Shown: positions 10,187 through 20,750, numbered from the stretch's first letter. The stretch: DNA of 64,000 bases from an uncultured Bacilli bacterium (GCA_934091055.1 CAKOKN010000001.1:118642-182641); one strand, 5' to 3'. Notes: a model not told the origin generated them from the sequence alone. Numbers and translations are program-made.

Positions 10187-11314
10187 TTAATTTTTAAATC
10201 TTAAGTTTTCATTTGATATATTAAATAGCATTCCTACTAAAATCATATATGATAATAGAGAAGATCCTCCATATGATATGAATGGTAAGGTTATTCCCAT
10301 TATTGGTAATAGTCCTATAGTCATACTGATATTTTGTACCTGCTGGAATAATAATACTGATATTATACCACCAACTAATAGTTTATCATTATCATTAGAA
10401 GATTTATTAGCTAAGCCTATAATGTTTATATCAAAGAATACCATTAATGATATTAGAAGTAATTCTCCTAGTAGTCCAAAGTTAGAGGCAAAGACAGCAA
10501 ATATAAAGTCTGTTTGCATCTCTGGGAAATAGATTGGTATATTATTTAGTCCATTTCCTTTTATTCCTGCTGATCCAATAGCAGTTAATCCTTTTGTTAA
10601 CTGAAGGCCACTAGAATTAGACCAATTTAGTATTCTATCCATTCTATAAAAGAAACTAGTACCAAATAAATTTATAAATAAATCTTGTTTAAAAAAGTAT
10701 ATGGCAAGGAAGGTACCTCCTGCTAGTAAGAGAGTTATTATGGTTATGATAAACCATCTTGATCTTATACCTCCTACAAAGAGCATTACTATTGTTATTA
10801 TAAAATATATTAGGACTGCTCCAGTATCTGGTTCAATAAATGTTAGAACTGATGGTATTCCTACTACTATTAATATTTTTATTAGAAATTTAAATTCTTC
10901 AGTGACATCGCTATAGTTTTTTTCTTCATTAAAGTCATTTATCATTCTGGAGAGGGTTATTATTAAGAATATTTTCATAAACTCTGAGGGCTGAAAACTA
11001 CCTATATAAGGTATTACAAACCAACACTTAGCATTATTAATATCTTCTCCTAGGAATAATACTAATATTAAGAGGACAACTCCTACTATATAGAAGATAT
11101 AGGCATTATTATATAAAAACTTATTACCTACAGTCATCATAATATAAGCTATAGTAAAACCTATTACATACCATAGTATTTGTTTTAAATATAAACTATG
11201 AAATCTTTCTGGTAAGATACTTCTAGTGGTATATATAGTTATAACACTTATTATAGCGAATAATATTATTGGTATTAAGATACTTTTTTCTACTTTAAAT
11301 TTTGATTCTTTCAT
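10187..11314 (-). CDS. SEDS family protein (RodA/FtsW/SpoVE-type peptidoglycan polymerase)
   Basis: 10-TM protein with the C-terminal GITLPFISYGGSSLL signature; second SEDS paralog in the window. Confidence 0.8.
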   Translation of the reverse strand: MKESKFKVEKSILIPIILFAIISVITIYTTRSILPERFHSLYLKQILWYVIGFTIAYIMMTVGNKFLYNNAYIFYIVGVVLLILVLFLGEDINNAKCWFVIPYIGSFQPSEFMKIFLIITLSRMINDFNEEKNYSDVTEEFKFLIKILIVVGIPSVLTFIEPDTGAVLIYFIITIVMLFVGGIRSRWFIITIITLLLAGGTFLAIYFFKQDLFINLFGTSFFYRMDRILNWSNSSGLQLTKGLTAIGSAGIKGNGLNNIPIYFPEMQTDFIFAVFASNFGLLGELLLISLMVFFDINIIGLANKSSNDNDKLLVGGIISVLLFQQVQNISMTIGLLPIMGITLPFISYGGSSLLSYMILVGMLFNISNENLRFKN

Positions 11315-11409
11315 TTTGCATCAACTCTTTCAGTATTTATTCTATCACAAAAAAGAAAAATAATAAATATATATATTTATAATTTCATATATTATATTAG
11401 GAAGGTGAT

Positions 11410-11739
11410 ATGGTGAAAGATTTACCTAAAATGTATCATAGTAGAATAGATAAAGATTTATCTAATAATGAGAGAGTATTTTCTACTATATATAATAATG
11501 ATATAGATATAAGAAGTAACAATAATTATATTGATAATAAAAATAATTATACTGTAGAACAAAAAATATATAATATATTTAATTCTCCTAATTATATTTA
11601 TAAGATAGATGTTATTATTGTTACTGATAAGGGAAAAAGTAAAAAGAGAATAGTAGGCAAGAATAAGACTAATTTAATTACTATGGATCAGGAGTATATT
11701 CCTATTAATACTATTAGAGATATTTATATTGATAAATAA
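11410..11739 (+). CDS. Hypothetical protein (109 aa); C-terminal half weakly resembles a PRC-barrel (YlmC/YmxH-like)
   Basis: GGAAGGTGA RBS; family resemblance is weak and from memory only. Confidence 0.35.
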   Translation: MVKDLPKMYHSRIDKDLSNNERVFSTIYNNDIDIRSNNNYIDNKNNYTVEQKIYNIFNSPNYIYKIDVIIVTDKGKSKKRIVGKNKTNLITMDQEYIPINTIRDIYIDK

Positions 11740-11827
11740 TTGTCATTTTATAAAGAATATTTAAGTGTTAATATTCTTTTATTTTAAACTATTTTATGAT
11801 ATTATTATATATGTAAGGGTGATAATT

Positions 11828-12610
11828 ATGGATAGAGTATTTTTTAGTTTTGGACCTATTACTATATATTGGTATTCTGTACTTATAATAACTGCAATTA
11901 TAATCGGTATATATTTTTCTTCTAGAGTAGCAGATAAGAATGGTATTACTAAAGAATATCTTACTGATTTAATATTTTATTTAATACCAATAGGAATAAT
12001 AGGAGCTAGAATATATTATGTTATATTTAATTTTTCTATATTTAAAAATAATTTACTAGATATATTTAAGTTATGGGAAGGTGGTCTTGCTATATATGGA
12101 GCAGTTATTGCTTCGATTATATTTATAGTAGTTTATTCTAAAAAGAAGAAGAAAGATCTATTACTTACTATAGATACTTTAGTACCATATTTAATATTAG
12201 GACAAGCAATAGGTAGATGGGGTAATTTTATTAATAAAGAAGCTTATGGTACTATTACAACATTTAGTAAACTAAAGAGTTTAAAAGTTCCTAATTTTAT
12301 AATAGAGGGTATGTATATAGATGGACATTATTATATACCAACATTCTATTTTGAATCTATATGGTGTTTAATTGGTTTTATAATACTTCTTATAATTAGA
12401 AGAAAAGATAAATTTAAACATAAGGGACTTTTATTATTTATATATTTTATTTGGTATGGTATAGGTAGATTTTTTATTGAAGGACTTAGAACAGATAGTT
12501 TATACTTAGGTTCTTTTAGAGTAAGTCAGATAGTATCTATTATACTTATATTGATAGGAGTAATAGGAATTATTTATATGAGGAGGAAAAAATGGAAAGA
12601 TATAAAGTAG
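11828..12610 (+). CDS. lgt: Prolipoprotein diacylglyceryl transferase Lgt (start at MDRVFF)
   Basis: N-terminal FSFGPITIYWY and conserved RWGNFINKEAYG motif; AAGGGTGA RBS before ATG 11828. The upstream in-frame extension is hydrophobic junk with no RBS. Confidence 0.85.
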   Translation: MDRVFFSFGPITIYWYSVLIITAIIIGIYFSSRVADKNGITKEYLTDLIFYLIPIGIIGARIYYVIFNFSIFKNNLLDIFKLWEGGLAIYGAVIASIIFIVVYSKKKKKDLLLTIDTLVPYLILGQAIGRWGNFINKEAYGTITTFSKLKSLKVPNFIIEGMYIDGHYYIPTFYFESIWCLIGFIILLIIRRKDKFKHKGLLLFIYFIWYGIGRFFIEGLRTDSLYLGSFRVSQIVSIILILIGVIGIIYMRRKKWKDIK

Positions 12611-13470
12611 TAATAGTAGGATCAGGTATAGCAGGTATGACTGCGGCGATTAACTTAAAAAGAGGAGGAATAGATACTCTTATAATAGAGAATAATACTC
12701 CTGGTGGAGTACTTAATTATATACCTAATATAGAGAATTATCCTGGCTATAGTAATATATCAGGTCCTGATTTAGCTATGAATATATACAATCAAGTAAA
12801 TAATCTTGGTATTAAAATTAAATTTATGAATATTAATAATATAGATTTAGATAAAAAAATAATAGATGATGAAATAGAATTTGATTACTTAATTATAGCT
12901 ACTGGTAGAAAGAGTAGAATGTTAGGTATAGAGAAAGAGAAAGAACTACTAGGAAGAGGAGTTAGTACTTGTGCTTTATGTGATGGGACCTTTTATAGAG
13001 ATAAAGATGTTATTGTAGTAGGAGGAGGTAATTCTTCTTTGTCAGAGAGTTTATATTTAGCTAATATAGTATGTAGTGTTACTATTATAATAAGAAGGGA
13101 TAAATTTACTGGTGATAAATATTTAGTAGATAGAATAAATAATACTAAGAATATTAAAGTTATTAAGAATAGTAATATTATTAAATATAATACTAAGAAT
13201 AATAGTTTAGTATCTGTTACTTTAGATAATAAGAAGAAAGTAAAAACTAGTGGAGTATTCTTAGCACTAGGAGGTACTCCTAATAGTGAATTATTTAATG
13301 TAGATAAAGATAATGGTTATATAGTAGTAAATAATAGGTATGAGACTAATATACCATATGTAACTGCGATAGGGGATGTTATTAGGAAGGATTATTATCA
13401 ACTTACTACAGCAGTATATGATGCTGTAGTAGTAGCTAATAATATAATTAATAAAGAATTAGATAAGTAA
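12592..13470 (+). CDS. trxB: Thioredoxin-disulfide reductase-like flavoprotein
   Basis: FAD motif GSGIAGMTAA, redox CxxC (CALCDG, canonical is CATCDG), NAD(P) motif VVGGGNSS; AGGAGG RBS. Confidence 0.7.
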   Translation: MERYKVVIVGSGIAGMTAAINLKRGGIDTLIIENNTPGGVLNYIPNIENYPGYSNISGPDLAMNIYNQVNNLGIKIKFMNINNIDLDKKIIDDEIEFDYLIIATGRKSRMLGIEKEKELLGRGVSTCALCDGTFYRDKDVIVVGGGNSSLSESLYLANIVCSVTIIIRRDKFTGDKYLVDRINNTKNIKVIKNSNIIKYNTKNNSLVSVTLDNKKKVKTSGVFLALGGTPNSELFNVDKDNGYIVVNNRYETNIPYVTAIGDVIRKDYYQLTTAVYDAVVVANNIINKELDK

Positions 13471-13531
13471 GAAGTATTTACTTTTATATAAAATAATGAT
13501 AAAATTAAAGTATGATAAGAAAGGAGATATT

Positions 13532-14095
13532 ATGGAGTTAGGAACTATTATTATAATTTTAATAGTAGCAGTTATTATACTTATAGTCTTCTATATAATT
13601 GGTATATATAACAAACTAGTTAATGCTAGAAATAAAGTTAATGATCAATTTGCACAAATAGATGTACAATTAAAAAGAAGAAGTGATATGATACCTAATC
13701 TAGTAGAGACGGTAAAAGGTTATACTAAGCACGAAGAGGAAACATTAAAAGAAGTAGTAGAAGCTAGAAATAAGATGAATACTGCTAATGGAATTAATGA
13801 AGAGTTAGAAGCCTCTAATCAGATTACAGGAGCATTAAATAAACTATTTGCTCTATCAGAAGCATATCCTGATTTAAAAGCTAATGAAAACTTTATGTCA
13901 TTACAACAAGATTTAAAAGAAACTGAAGATAAACTTAGTTATGCTAGATCTTTCTATAATGATACTGTTTTAAACTATAATAATTTAAGAGAACAATTCC
14001 CTTCAAATATTATAGCTAAGTTATTTAACTTTGGAAAAATAGAATTCTTTAAAACAGAAGATAAAGAAAAAGAAGTACCAAATGTTAAATTTTAG
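13532..14095 (+). CDS. lemA: LemA family protein (start at MELGT)
   Basis: N-terminal TM then coiled-coil with the typical LemA sequence pattern; AAAGGAG RBS before 13532. Confidence 0.8.
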   Translation: MELGTIIIILIVAVIILIVFYIIGIYNKLVNARNKVNDQFAQIDVQLKRRSDMIPNLVETVKGYTKHEEETLKEVVEARNKMNTANGINEELEASNQITGALNKLFALSEAYPDLKANENFMSLQQDLKETEDKLSYARSFYNDTVLNYNNLREQFPSNIIAKLFNFGKIEFFKTEDKEKEVPNVKF

Positions 14096-14129
14096 GACTA
14101 AAATAGTCCTTTTTTGATAGGAGTTTTTT

Positions 14130-15806
14130 ATGAAAAAAATAATATTTATTTTAACAATGTTTTTAGTACCAAGTATTGTTATGGCTAATGAAATTAAAGA
14201 TATAAATATGAATATTTATATAGATAGTGAAGGCACTGCTTATGTAACAGAAGTATGGGATGTTACTGCTAGTGAAAAGACAGAGTTTTATAAACAATAT
14301 AAGAATTTATTTAATTCTAATATTATTGATTATAGAGTTAGTATGAATGAAGAAGACTTTGAATTAGTAGATTGGGATATTAATAAGAGCTTTAATGAAA
14401 AAGCATATAAATATGGTTATAACTATATTGAAGACGGTACTGAGTTATGTTTTGGTATAAGTAATTATGGTAATAATACTTATACATTACGTTATAATAT
14501 AACTAATTTTATATATAATACGAGTGATGGTTATCAAATGGCTTATTGGAATTTAATACAAAAGTCTAGTGATAGAATAGATCAAGTATATATAAGAATA
14601 TATAGTGATTTTAAATATGAAGATACTTTAGATGTATGGGGTTATGGTAAGTATGGGGCTCCTACTTACGTTAGTGATGGTGTAATAGAAGTATCTTCAG
14701 AAGAAGCATTAACTTCTGATGAATATATAACAATATTAGTTAAGTTTCCTAAAGATACATTTAATGTAAGTGAAACTTTAGATAAAACATTTGATGAATA
14801 TTTAACTATGGCAAATGAAGGAGCAGAGTTATATACAGATGATTATGAAGAAAATAGTCTATCTAATATAATAATAGCTATAATAGGTTTTCTATTTCCA
14901 ACATTAGTAATAGTTTTAACTATTATATATGCTTTTAGAAATGGTTATGGATATATTAATAATAAGAAGATAAATAAAAAAGAAGTATTACCATTTAGAG
15001 ATATACCTTGTAATAAGAATATGTATTATGCTAATACTTTAATTAGTTTAAATAATACTTTATTTGCCCCTTATAAAGAAACTAATATACTAGGAGCTAT
15101 AATATTAAAATGGGTAGATGAAGATAAAATTAGATTTATAAATGAAACTAAGGGAGTATTTGATAAGAATAATAGTAAGATAGATTTAACTATTAAACCT
15201 ACTTTTGATATTAGATTAGAAGAAGAATTGTTTGATATGATGTATGAAGCTAGTAATGATGGTATATTAGAAACTAAAGAATTAGAAAAATGGTGTAGAA
15301 AGAACTATACTAAGTTCTTAGAACTATTTACAAGAATTAAACAAGTAGGTATAGAAAGACTAAAGAGTGAAAATCATATCTATAAAAGAAAAGATAAGAA
15401 AGAATGTAAATGTAAGAATGTTATGGATGATACTTTATATGAAGAGACTATTAAATTATATGGATTAAAGAAGTTTTTAGTAGACTTTTCTAGGATAGGT
15501 ACTAGAGAAGTATTAGAAGTACATTTATGGAATGAATATTTAACTTTTGCCTATCTATTTGGAATAGCAGATAAAGTTACTAAGCAATTAAAGAACTTAT
15601 ATCCAGAAGTAGTACAAGATATGAGTAATAATAATATAGATTATGGTATGCTTTTATATATAAATCATATATCTACTTCTAGTGTAAGTGCTGCGAGTAC
15701 TGCTAAAGCAAAAGCTGAAGGATACTCTGCTGGTGGAGGCGGCTTTGCTTCTGGTGGTGGAGGAGGTGGATCCTTCGGAGGTGGAGGATCTATGGGCTCT
15801 AGATAA
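14130..15806 (+). CDS. DUF2207-type membrane protein with Gly-rich C-terminal tail
   Basis: Signal peptide, large ecto-domain, TM segments and GGGGFASGGGGGGSFGGGGS tail. It is the LemA partner seen in many Firmicutes. Confidence 0.7.
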   Translation: MKKIIFILTMFLVPSIVMANEIKDINMNIYIDSEGTAYVTEVWDVTASEKTEFYKQYKNLFNSNIIDYRVSMNEEDFELVDWDINKSFNEKAYKYGYNYIEDGTELCFGISNYGNNTYTLRYNITNFIYNTSDGYQMAYWNLIQKSSDRIDQVYIRIYSDFKYEDTLDVWGYGKYGAPTYVSDGVIEVSSEEALTSDEYITILVKFPKDTFNVSETLDKTFDEYLTMANEGAELYTDDYEENSLSNIIIAIIGFLFPTLVIVLTIIYAFRNGYGYINNKKINKKEVLPFRDIPCNKNMYYANTLISLNNTLFAPYKETNILGAIILKWVDEDKIRFINETKGVFDKNNSKIDLTIKPTFDIRLEEELFDMMYEASNDGILETKELEKWCRKNYTKFLELFTRIKQVGIERLKSENHIYKRKDKKECKCKNVMDDTLYEETIKLYGLKKFLVDFSRIGTREVLEVHLWNEYLTFAYLFGIADKVTKQLKNLYPEVVQDMSNNNIDYGMLLYINHISTSSVSAASTAKAKAEGYSAGGGGFASGGGGGGSFGGGGSMGSR

Positions 15807-16435
15807 TGAATACATATATATTTAATAATAAGGAATACCAAATAGAAGTAATAAGAAAAAATAATAAAAATACTTATCTTAGAGTAAAGGATAATAAAAT
15901 AGTAGTAACTACTAATTATTTAACTTCAAATAGAACAATATCTAAATTAATAACTTCTAATAAAGAATTTATAGATAGAGCATTAACTAAAAGTATAAGT
16001 AAGAGTGAGGATACTTCATTTAAATTATTTGGTAGAGAATATGATATAATATATGGTTTTAAGGATACAGAAGTAGATAATAACAAGATATATACTAAAG
16101 ATGAAAAGTCTTTGAATAAATATTTATCTTTATATATAACTAATATATATAGTGAAAGATTAGACTACTGGTATAATAAATTTGAAGAAGATATACCAGT
16201 ACCTAATCTAAAGGTTAGAAAAATGACAAGTAGATGGGGTGTGTGTAATATTAAAAATCATAATGTTACATTAAATTCTGAATTATCTAAGTATGATATT
16301 AAAGCATTAGATTATGTAATAGTACACGAATTATCACATTTTATTCATCATAATCATTCTAAGGACTTCTGGCTATTAGTAGGTAAGTATTACCCTAAGT
16401 ATAAAGAAGTAAGAAAGTATTTAAGAAATTCTTAA
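15806..16435 (+). CDS. YgjP/DUF45 (M48-like) zinc-dependent hydrolase
   Basis: HEXXH motif in VHELSHFIHHNHSKDFW; start overlaps the previous stop. Confidence 0.65.
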   Translation: MNTYIFNNKEYQIEVIRKNNKNTYLRVKDNKIVVTTNYLTSNRTISKLITSNKEFIDRALTKSISKSEDTSFKLFGREYDIIYGFKDTEVDNNKIYTKDEKSLNKYLSLYITNIYSERLDYWYNKFEEDIPVPNLKVRKMTSRWGVCNIKNHNVTLNSELSKYDIKALDYVIVHELSHFIHHNHSKDFWLLVGKYYPKYKEVRKYLRNS

Positions 16436-16534
16436 AAAAATACTTGTATAAATCAATGACTTATAAGAAAAGAATGAGATTATTCTTTTCTTTTTTCGTT
16501 AAATATATTATAATAATAAAGAGGAAGTGGTATT

Positions 16535-17266
16535 ATGGTAATTACTTCAGTTAATAATAATAAAATTAAAGATATTAATAAATTAAAAGAAAAAAAATAT
16601 AGAGATAGTAGTAATAGTTTCTTAGTAGAGGGAGAACATCTAGTTATAGAAGCTTATAGAGAAAACTTAATTAAAGAATTAATAGTATTAGATGATAGTG
16701 ATTTTATATTAGATGGAATACCTACTATTAAAGTTAGTAGTGAAGTAATGAAGAAATTATCTAGTATGGATAGTTATCCTAGTGTTATAGGAGTAGCTAA
16801 TAAAATTAGAGAAAAAGAATTAGGAAACTCTATACTTATATTAGACGATATACAAGATCCAGGTAATTTAGGTACTATTATTAGATCTAGTGCAGCTTTT
16901 GGTATAGATACAATAGTAGTTAGTCCTAAGACAGTAGATATATATAATATTAAAGTACTTAGAGCTACTCAAGGTATGCTATTTCATATAAATATAATAG
17001 TTAGAGAACTAGATAGTTTTATTACTAAACTAAAACAAGATAATTATAAAATATATGGTACAAAAGTAGATAAAGGGGTTAATATTAAAGATATTACTAT
17101 TAATAATAAATATGCTCTAGTAATGGGTAATGAAGGAAATGGAATTAGTGATAATGTGAGTAAGTTATGTGATGAGTATTTATATATAAAAATGAATGAT
17201 AACGTAGAAAGTTTAAATGTAGGAGTAGCTACTTCAATACTTCTATATGAGATATATAATAAATAA
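16535..17266 (+). CDS. TrmH/SpoU family RNA 2'-O-methyltransferase (RlmB-like)
   Basis: SPOUT motifs (LVMGNEGNGIS, IPM); AGAGGAAGTGG RBS. Confidence 0.8.
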   Translation: MVITSVNNNKIKDINKLKEKKYRDSSNSFLVEGEHLVIEAYRENLIKELIVLDDSDFILDGIPTIKVSSEVMKKLSSMDSYPSVIGVANKIREKELGNSILILDDIQDPGNLGTIIRSSAAFGIDTIVVSPKTVDIYNIKVLRATQGMLFHINIIVRELDSFITKLKQDNYKIYGTKVDKGVNIKDITINNKYALVMGNEGNGISDNVSKLCDEYLYIKMNDNVESLNVGVATSILLYEIYNK

Positions 17267-17748
17267 TGGAATTAATTAAGATTGGTAAAATAGTAAATAC
17301 TCACGGTATAAAGGGAGAAATTAGATTATTATCTAAGTTTCCATATAAAGATAAAGTCTTTGTAAAAGATAATACTATATACATAGATAAAAAATATAAA
17401 GAAGTAATTAATAGTTATCGAAAACATAAGAATTTTGATATGATTACTCTAGTAGGATATAATAATATCAATGAAGTACTTAAATACAATGGTAAGTATG
17501 TGTATATTAATAAAGAAGATATTATATTAGATAAAGATAATTACTTAGATGAAGAATTAATAGGACTTAGTGTTATATTTAATAATGAAGTAAAAGGGGT
17601 TATTACTAATATAGAAAGATATGATAAAGTAGTATTATTTGTAATTGATAATGGTAAATATCTAGTACCATATAATAATAATTTAATAGATAAAATAGAT
17701 ATTAATAATAAGAGAATATATATTAAAAATATAAGTGGTTTATTTTAA
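17266..17748 (+). CDS. rimM: 16S rRNA processing protein RimM
   Basis: N-terminal IKIGKIVNTHGIKGEIRL, PRC-barrel C-terminus; precedes trmD. Confidence 0.85.
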   Translation: MELIKIGKIVNTHGIKGEIRLLSKFPYKDKVFVKDNTIYIDKKYKEVINSYRKHKNFDMITLVGYNNINEVLKYNGKYVYINKEDIILDKDNYLDEELIGLSVIFNNEVKGVITNIERYDKVVLFVIDNGKYLVPYNNNLIDKIDINNKRIYIKNISGLF

Positions 17749-17802
17749 ATAGTTTACTTTTAATATTTAATATATTATAATTATTATGAGAGAGGTAATA
17801 AT

Positions 17803-18480
17803 ATGAAGATAGATGTACTTACTTTATTTCCTAATATGTATGATAATTTTCTTTCAGAATCTATTATTAAAAGAGCTATAGAAGATGGTAAGGTAGAAGT
17901 TAATGTTCATAATATTAGAGATTATACTGTATATAAGAATAATCAAGTAGATGATTATCCTTATGGTGGTGGTTCTGGTATGGTACTTATGTGTGATCCT
18001 ATATTTAGAGCTATAGATGAGTTATATACTGAAGATTGTTTAGTTATTATGATGACACCTTCAGGTAAGGTATATAAGCAAAGTATTGCCACAGAAATAG
18101 CTTTAAAGAAACATATTATTATACTATGTGGTCATTATGAGGGATTTGATGAGAGAATCAAGTCTATTACTGATTTAGAGTTATCTATAGGAGATTATGT
18201 TCTTACAGGAGGAGAAATACCTTCGATGGTAGTTATGGACTCTGTGATTAGATTAGTAGATGGTGTAATTAGTAGTGGTTCATTAGAGTCAGAAAGCTTT
18301 AATAATAATTTACTTGATTATCCTAATTATACTAAACCATATGAATATAGAGGTATGAAAGTACCTGAAGTACTTATAAGTGGTCATCATAAGAATATAG
18401 ATGAATATAGGAAAAAAGAACAACTTAGATTAACTAAAGAGAATAGACCAGATCTATTAAAGGGGGAAGATGATGAGTAA
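17803..18480 (+). CDS. trmD: tRNA (guanine37-N1)-methyltransferase TrmD
   Basis: N-terminal MKIDVLTLFPNMY and SPOUT knot motifs (GGEIPSMVVMDS). Confidence 0.9.
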   Translation: MKIDVLTLFPNMYDNFLSESIIKRAIEDGKVEVNVHNIRDYTVYKNNQVDDYPYGGGSGMVLMCDPIFRAIDELYTEDCLVIMMTPSGKVYKQSIATEIALKKHIIILCGHYEGFDERIKSITDLELSIGDYVLTGGEIPSMVVMDSVIRLVDGVISSGSLESESFNNNLLDYPNYTKPYEYRGMKVPEVLISGHHKNIDEYRKKEQLRLTKENRPDLLKGEDDE

Positions 18481-18952
18481 TTACTTTGTTAGCAAAGACA
18501 GTAAAACGGGTGAAATTGTTTATTTAGAATATGATAAAAAAGGATATAAGGTAAAACCTAAGACTACTAAAAAAGACGCTATAGAAGTAAATAAAATAGT
18601 ATTTGTGTCTCCTGAACTTACTAAGAAATTATTAAAGAAGAAGATTGATCATAAGATATCTAAGTTATTATTAGAACTTAATACTATAGATGATGGTGAT
18701 GATGGAGATCCTTCTAGAGTAAGAAATATGCTTGTAGAGGCAGAAAGATTAAAACTTATGATAATTAATACTTACCGTAAGTATTTAGGTAATAGTTATA
18801 CTACGCTTACTTTAAAGAAGATGGAGATTATTATTGATGGCTTTAGAAAGAAACTATATACTATTAATACAAAGAAACAACAAGAATTACTTATTAGAAT
18901 GATGGAATTAGAAGCTATGGAAGCTAGTGAAAAGAAAGGAAAAGGAAGATAA
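18470..18952 (+). CDS. Hypothetical protein (160 aa), Lys-rich
   Basis: AGGGGGAAG RBS; start overlaps the trmD stop; occupies the position where rplS usually follows trmD. Confidence 0.5.
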   Translation: MMSNYFVSKDSKTGEIVYLEYDKKGYKVKPKTTKKDAIEVNKIVFVSPELTKKLLKKKIDHKISKLLLELNTIDDGDDGDPSRVRNMLVEAERLKLMIINTYRKYLGNSYTTLTLKKMEIIIDGFRKKLYTINTKKQQELLIRMMELEAMEASEKKGKGR

Positions 18953-18971
18953 TCTATTTTGGGGGTATTTA

Positions 18972-19658
18972 ATGAGATTATATAATGATAAGAGAGAACG
19001 GATTATTTATAATAGTGAGAATAGAATAGGGGAAGGCTACTATGGGTATGTATATTTACTTTCTTCTTCTTTATGTATTAAAGTATTTAAAAAAAGAAAA
19101 CAAGATTATGATAAAGAGACTTTTACTTTGATTAGAGATTTGCATCTTAAGAATTTTTATAATATTGAGTCTCTTTTATATACTTCAAGTGGTAATTTTG
19201 GTGGGTATACTATGGAGTATTGTGAAAAGGATGATATTAATATTCTTACGATGCCTAGTGATTATACTTTATATAATTTATTTAATATATATTCTTCGAT
19301 TGAAGTATTATCTAAACTTGGTATATTTGTAGAGGACTTACATACTGGTAATGTTGTACTTAATTCTAAGGATATTACGGTTATTGATACTGATTTGTAT
19401 CATAAGGTGGATGATGAAAAGTTAGCACTTCATAATAATTTTTTAGTTGAGGGTTTATTTAGAGATTTATATTTAGAAGCTTTAAATAGATATTGTATAG
19501 AAAGTAATGGGAACACTAATAATATTAATAAAGAATATAATTTATATAGAGTAGATGATTTATTTCTTTATAATCGTAATGATGGCTTTAATAAGACTAT
19601 TAAGAGGCTCTGCAAGTATAAGTATCCTATTGATTATATTAGAAAAAGAGGAAAGTGA
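18972..19658 (+). CDS. Small phosphotransferase-fold protein (APH/choline-kinase/CotS-like); start at MRLYND
   Basis: Gly-rich loop IGEGYYGYVY, Lys in IKVFKK, Brenner motif EDLHTGNVVL, downstream IDTDL; GGGGGT RBS before 18972. Confidence 0.55.
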   Translation: MRLYNDKRERIIYNSENRIGEGYYGYVYLLSSSLCIKVFKKRKQDYDKETFTLIRDLHLKNFYNIESLLYTSSGNFGGYTMEYCEKDDINILTMPSDYTLYNLFNIYSSIEVLSKLGIFVEDLHTGNVVLNSKDITVIDTDLYHKVDDEKLALHNNFLVEGLFRDLYLEALNRYCIESNGNTNNINKEYNLYRVDDLFLYNRNDGFNKTIKRLCKYKYPIDYIRKRGK

Positions 19659-19687
19659 TATTCCTCTTTTTATAGTATATGTATTTG

Positions 19688-20671
19688 TTATCTATGTAAT
19701 CCAACAGTATTTTTTAATAACATATATTTTTCTTTAGCTATTTTACTTGTTTTATCTCTTCCTTCATCTAAGATTGTATCTAATTCACTACTATTTAGTA
19801 TTTGATAATATTTTTCTTGAATAGGGAGTAGGGTATCTGCAATTATTTTAGCTAAGTCTTTTTTAAATGTACCATAGTTACTATCTTTATATTTTTCTTC
19901 TACTTCTTCAATAGTTAGGTCTGTAAGTGATGTATATATGTTTATTAAGTTACTTATACCTTTCTTTGTTTCTGGATTATATTTTATTTCCATTTCTGAG
20001 TCTGTAGTTGCAGACATTATTTTTTTAGTTATAGCTTTTTCATCATCAAGTAAATATATTATACCCTTTGGATTATCTCCGGATTTACTCATCTTTTTAG
20101 TAGGGTCTACTAGATCCATTATTTTAGCTCCATCTTCAGGTATTAATGGTTCTGGTAGTTTAAATACTTCTTTATGGTATTTATTATTTACTCTTCCTGC
20201 TATATTTCTTGCTAGTTCAACGTGTTGTTTTTGGTCTCCTCCTACAGGAATATAATCTGGGTCATATAGTAAGATATCACTAGCCATAAGTATAGGGTAG
20301 GTAAGTAGTCCTGCGGAGAAGTTTTTATGTTTTCTACTCTTATCTTTGAACTGAGTCATTCTACCTAATTCTCCATATGGAGTAAGGCACTCTAATATCC
20401 AAGAAGCATTAGCGTGATATAAATTTTCTGATTGAATAAAAATGGTATTCTTTTTAGGATCTACGCCACAAGCTAGATAAAGTGCAATTAGGCTTTTTAT
20501 ATTTTTTGAAAGTACTTCAGGATCTTGAGGTACGGTAATAGCGTGCATATCTGCGACAAAGATAAAAGATTCGTATTCTTCTTGAAACTTTACCATTTGT
20601 TTGATTGCTCCAATATAGTTACCTAAAGTTATACTGCCACTTGGTTGTAATCCTGTTAATATTCTTTTCAT
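19688..20671 (-). CDS. trpS: Tryptophan--tRNA ligase
   Basis: Class I motifs (TGLQPSG...HLGNY-like ITLGNYIG; KMSKS). Confidence 0.9.
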   Translation of the reverse strand: MKRILTGLQPSGSITLGNYIGAIKQMVKFQEEYESFIFVADMHAITVPQDPEVLSKNIKSLIALYLACGVDPKKNTIFIQSENLYHANASWILECLTPYGELGRMTQFKDKSRKHKNFSAGLLTYPILMASDILLYDPDYIPVGGDQKQHVELARNIAGRVNNKYHKEVFKLPEPLIPEDGAKIMDLVDPTKKMSKSGDNPKGIIYLLDDEKAITKKIMSATTDSEMEIKYNPETKKGISNLINIYTSLTDLTIEEVEEKYKDSNYGTFKKDLAKIIADTLLPIQEKYYQILNSSELDTILDEGRDKTSKIAKEKYMLLKNTVGLHR

Positions 20672-20698
20672 ATTTTATCTTCCTTTCTAACTGTTTTA

Positions 20699-20727
20699 AT
20701 TATACTACAATTAGTGGTTATAATCAA
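20699..20727 (-). promoter_or_regulatory. trpS sigma-A promoter (-35 TTGATT, 17 nt, -10 TATAAT on minus strand)
   Basis: Reverse complement reads TTGATT-ataaccactaattgtag-TATAAT about 25 nt upstream of the AAGGAAG RBS. The leader is too short for a T-box. Confidence 0.5.
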
Positions 20728-20750
20728 TAATATTTTTTTGATAATTTATA

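Noticed and set aside
10278-10916. Plus-strand ORFs 10278..10532 and 10701..10916 inside the SEDS gene
   Set aside because: Antisense to a conserved membrane protein gene; spurious.
19555-19737. ORF 19555..19737(+) overlapping the kinase-like gene's 3' end and the trpS 3' end
   Set aside because: Hydrophobic low-complexity translation, overlaps two supported genes.
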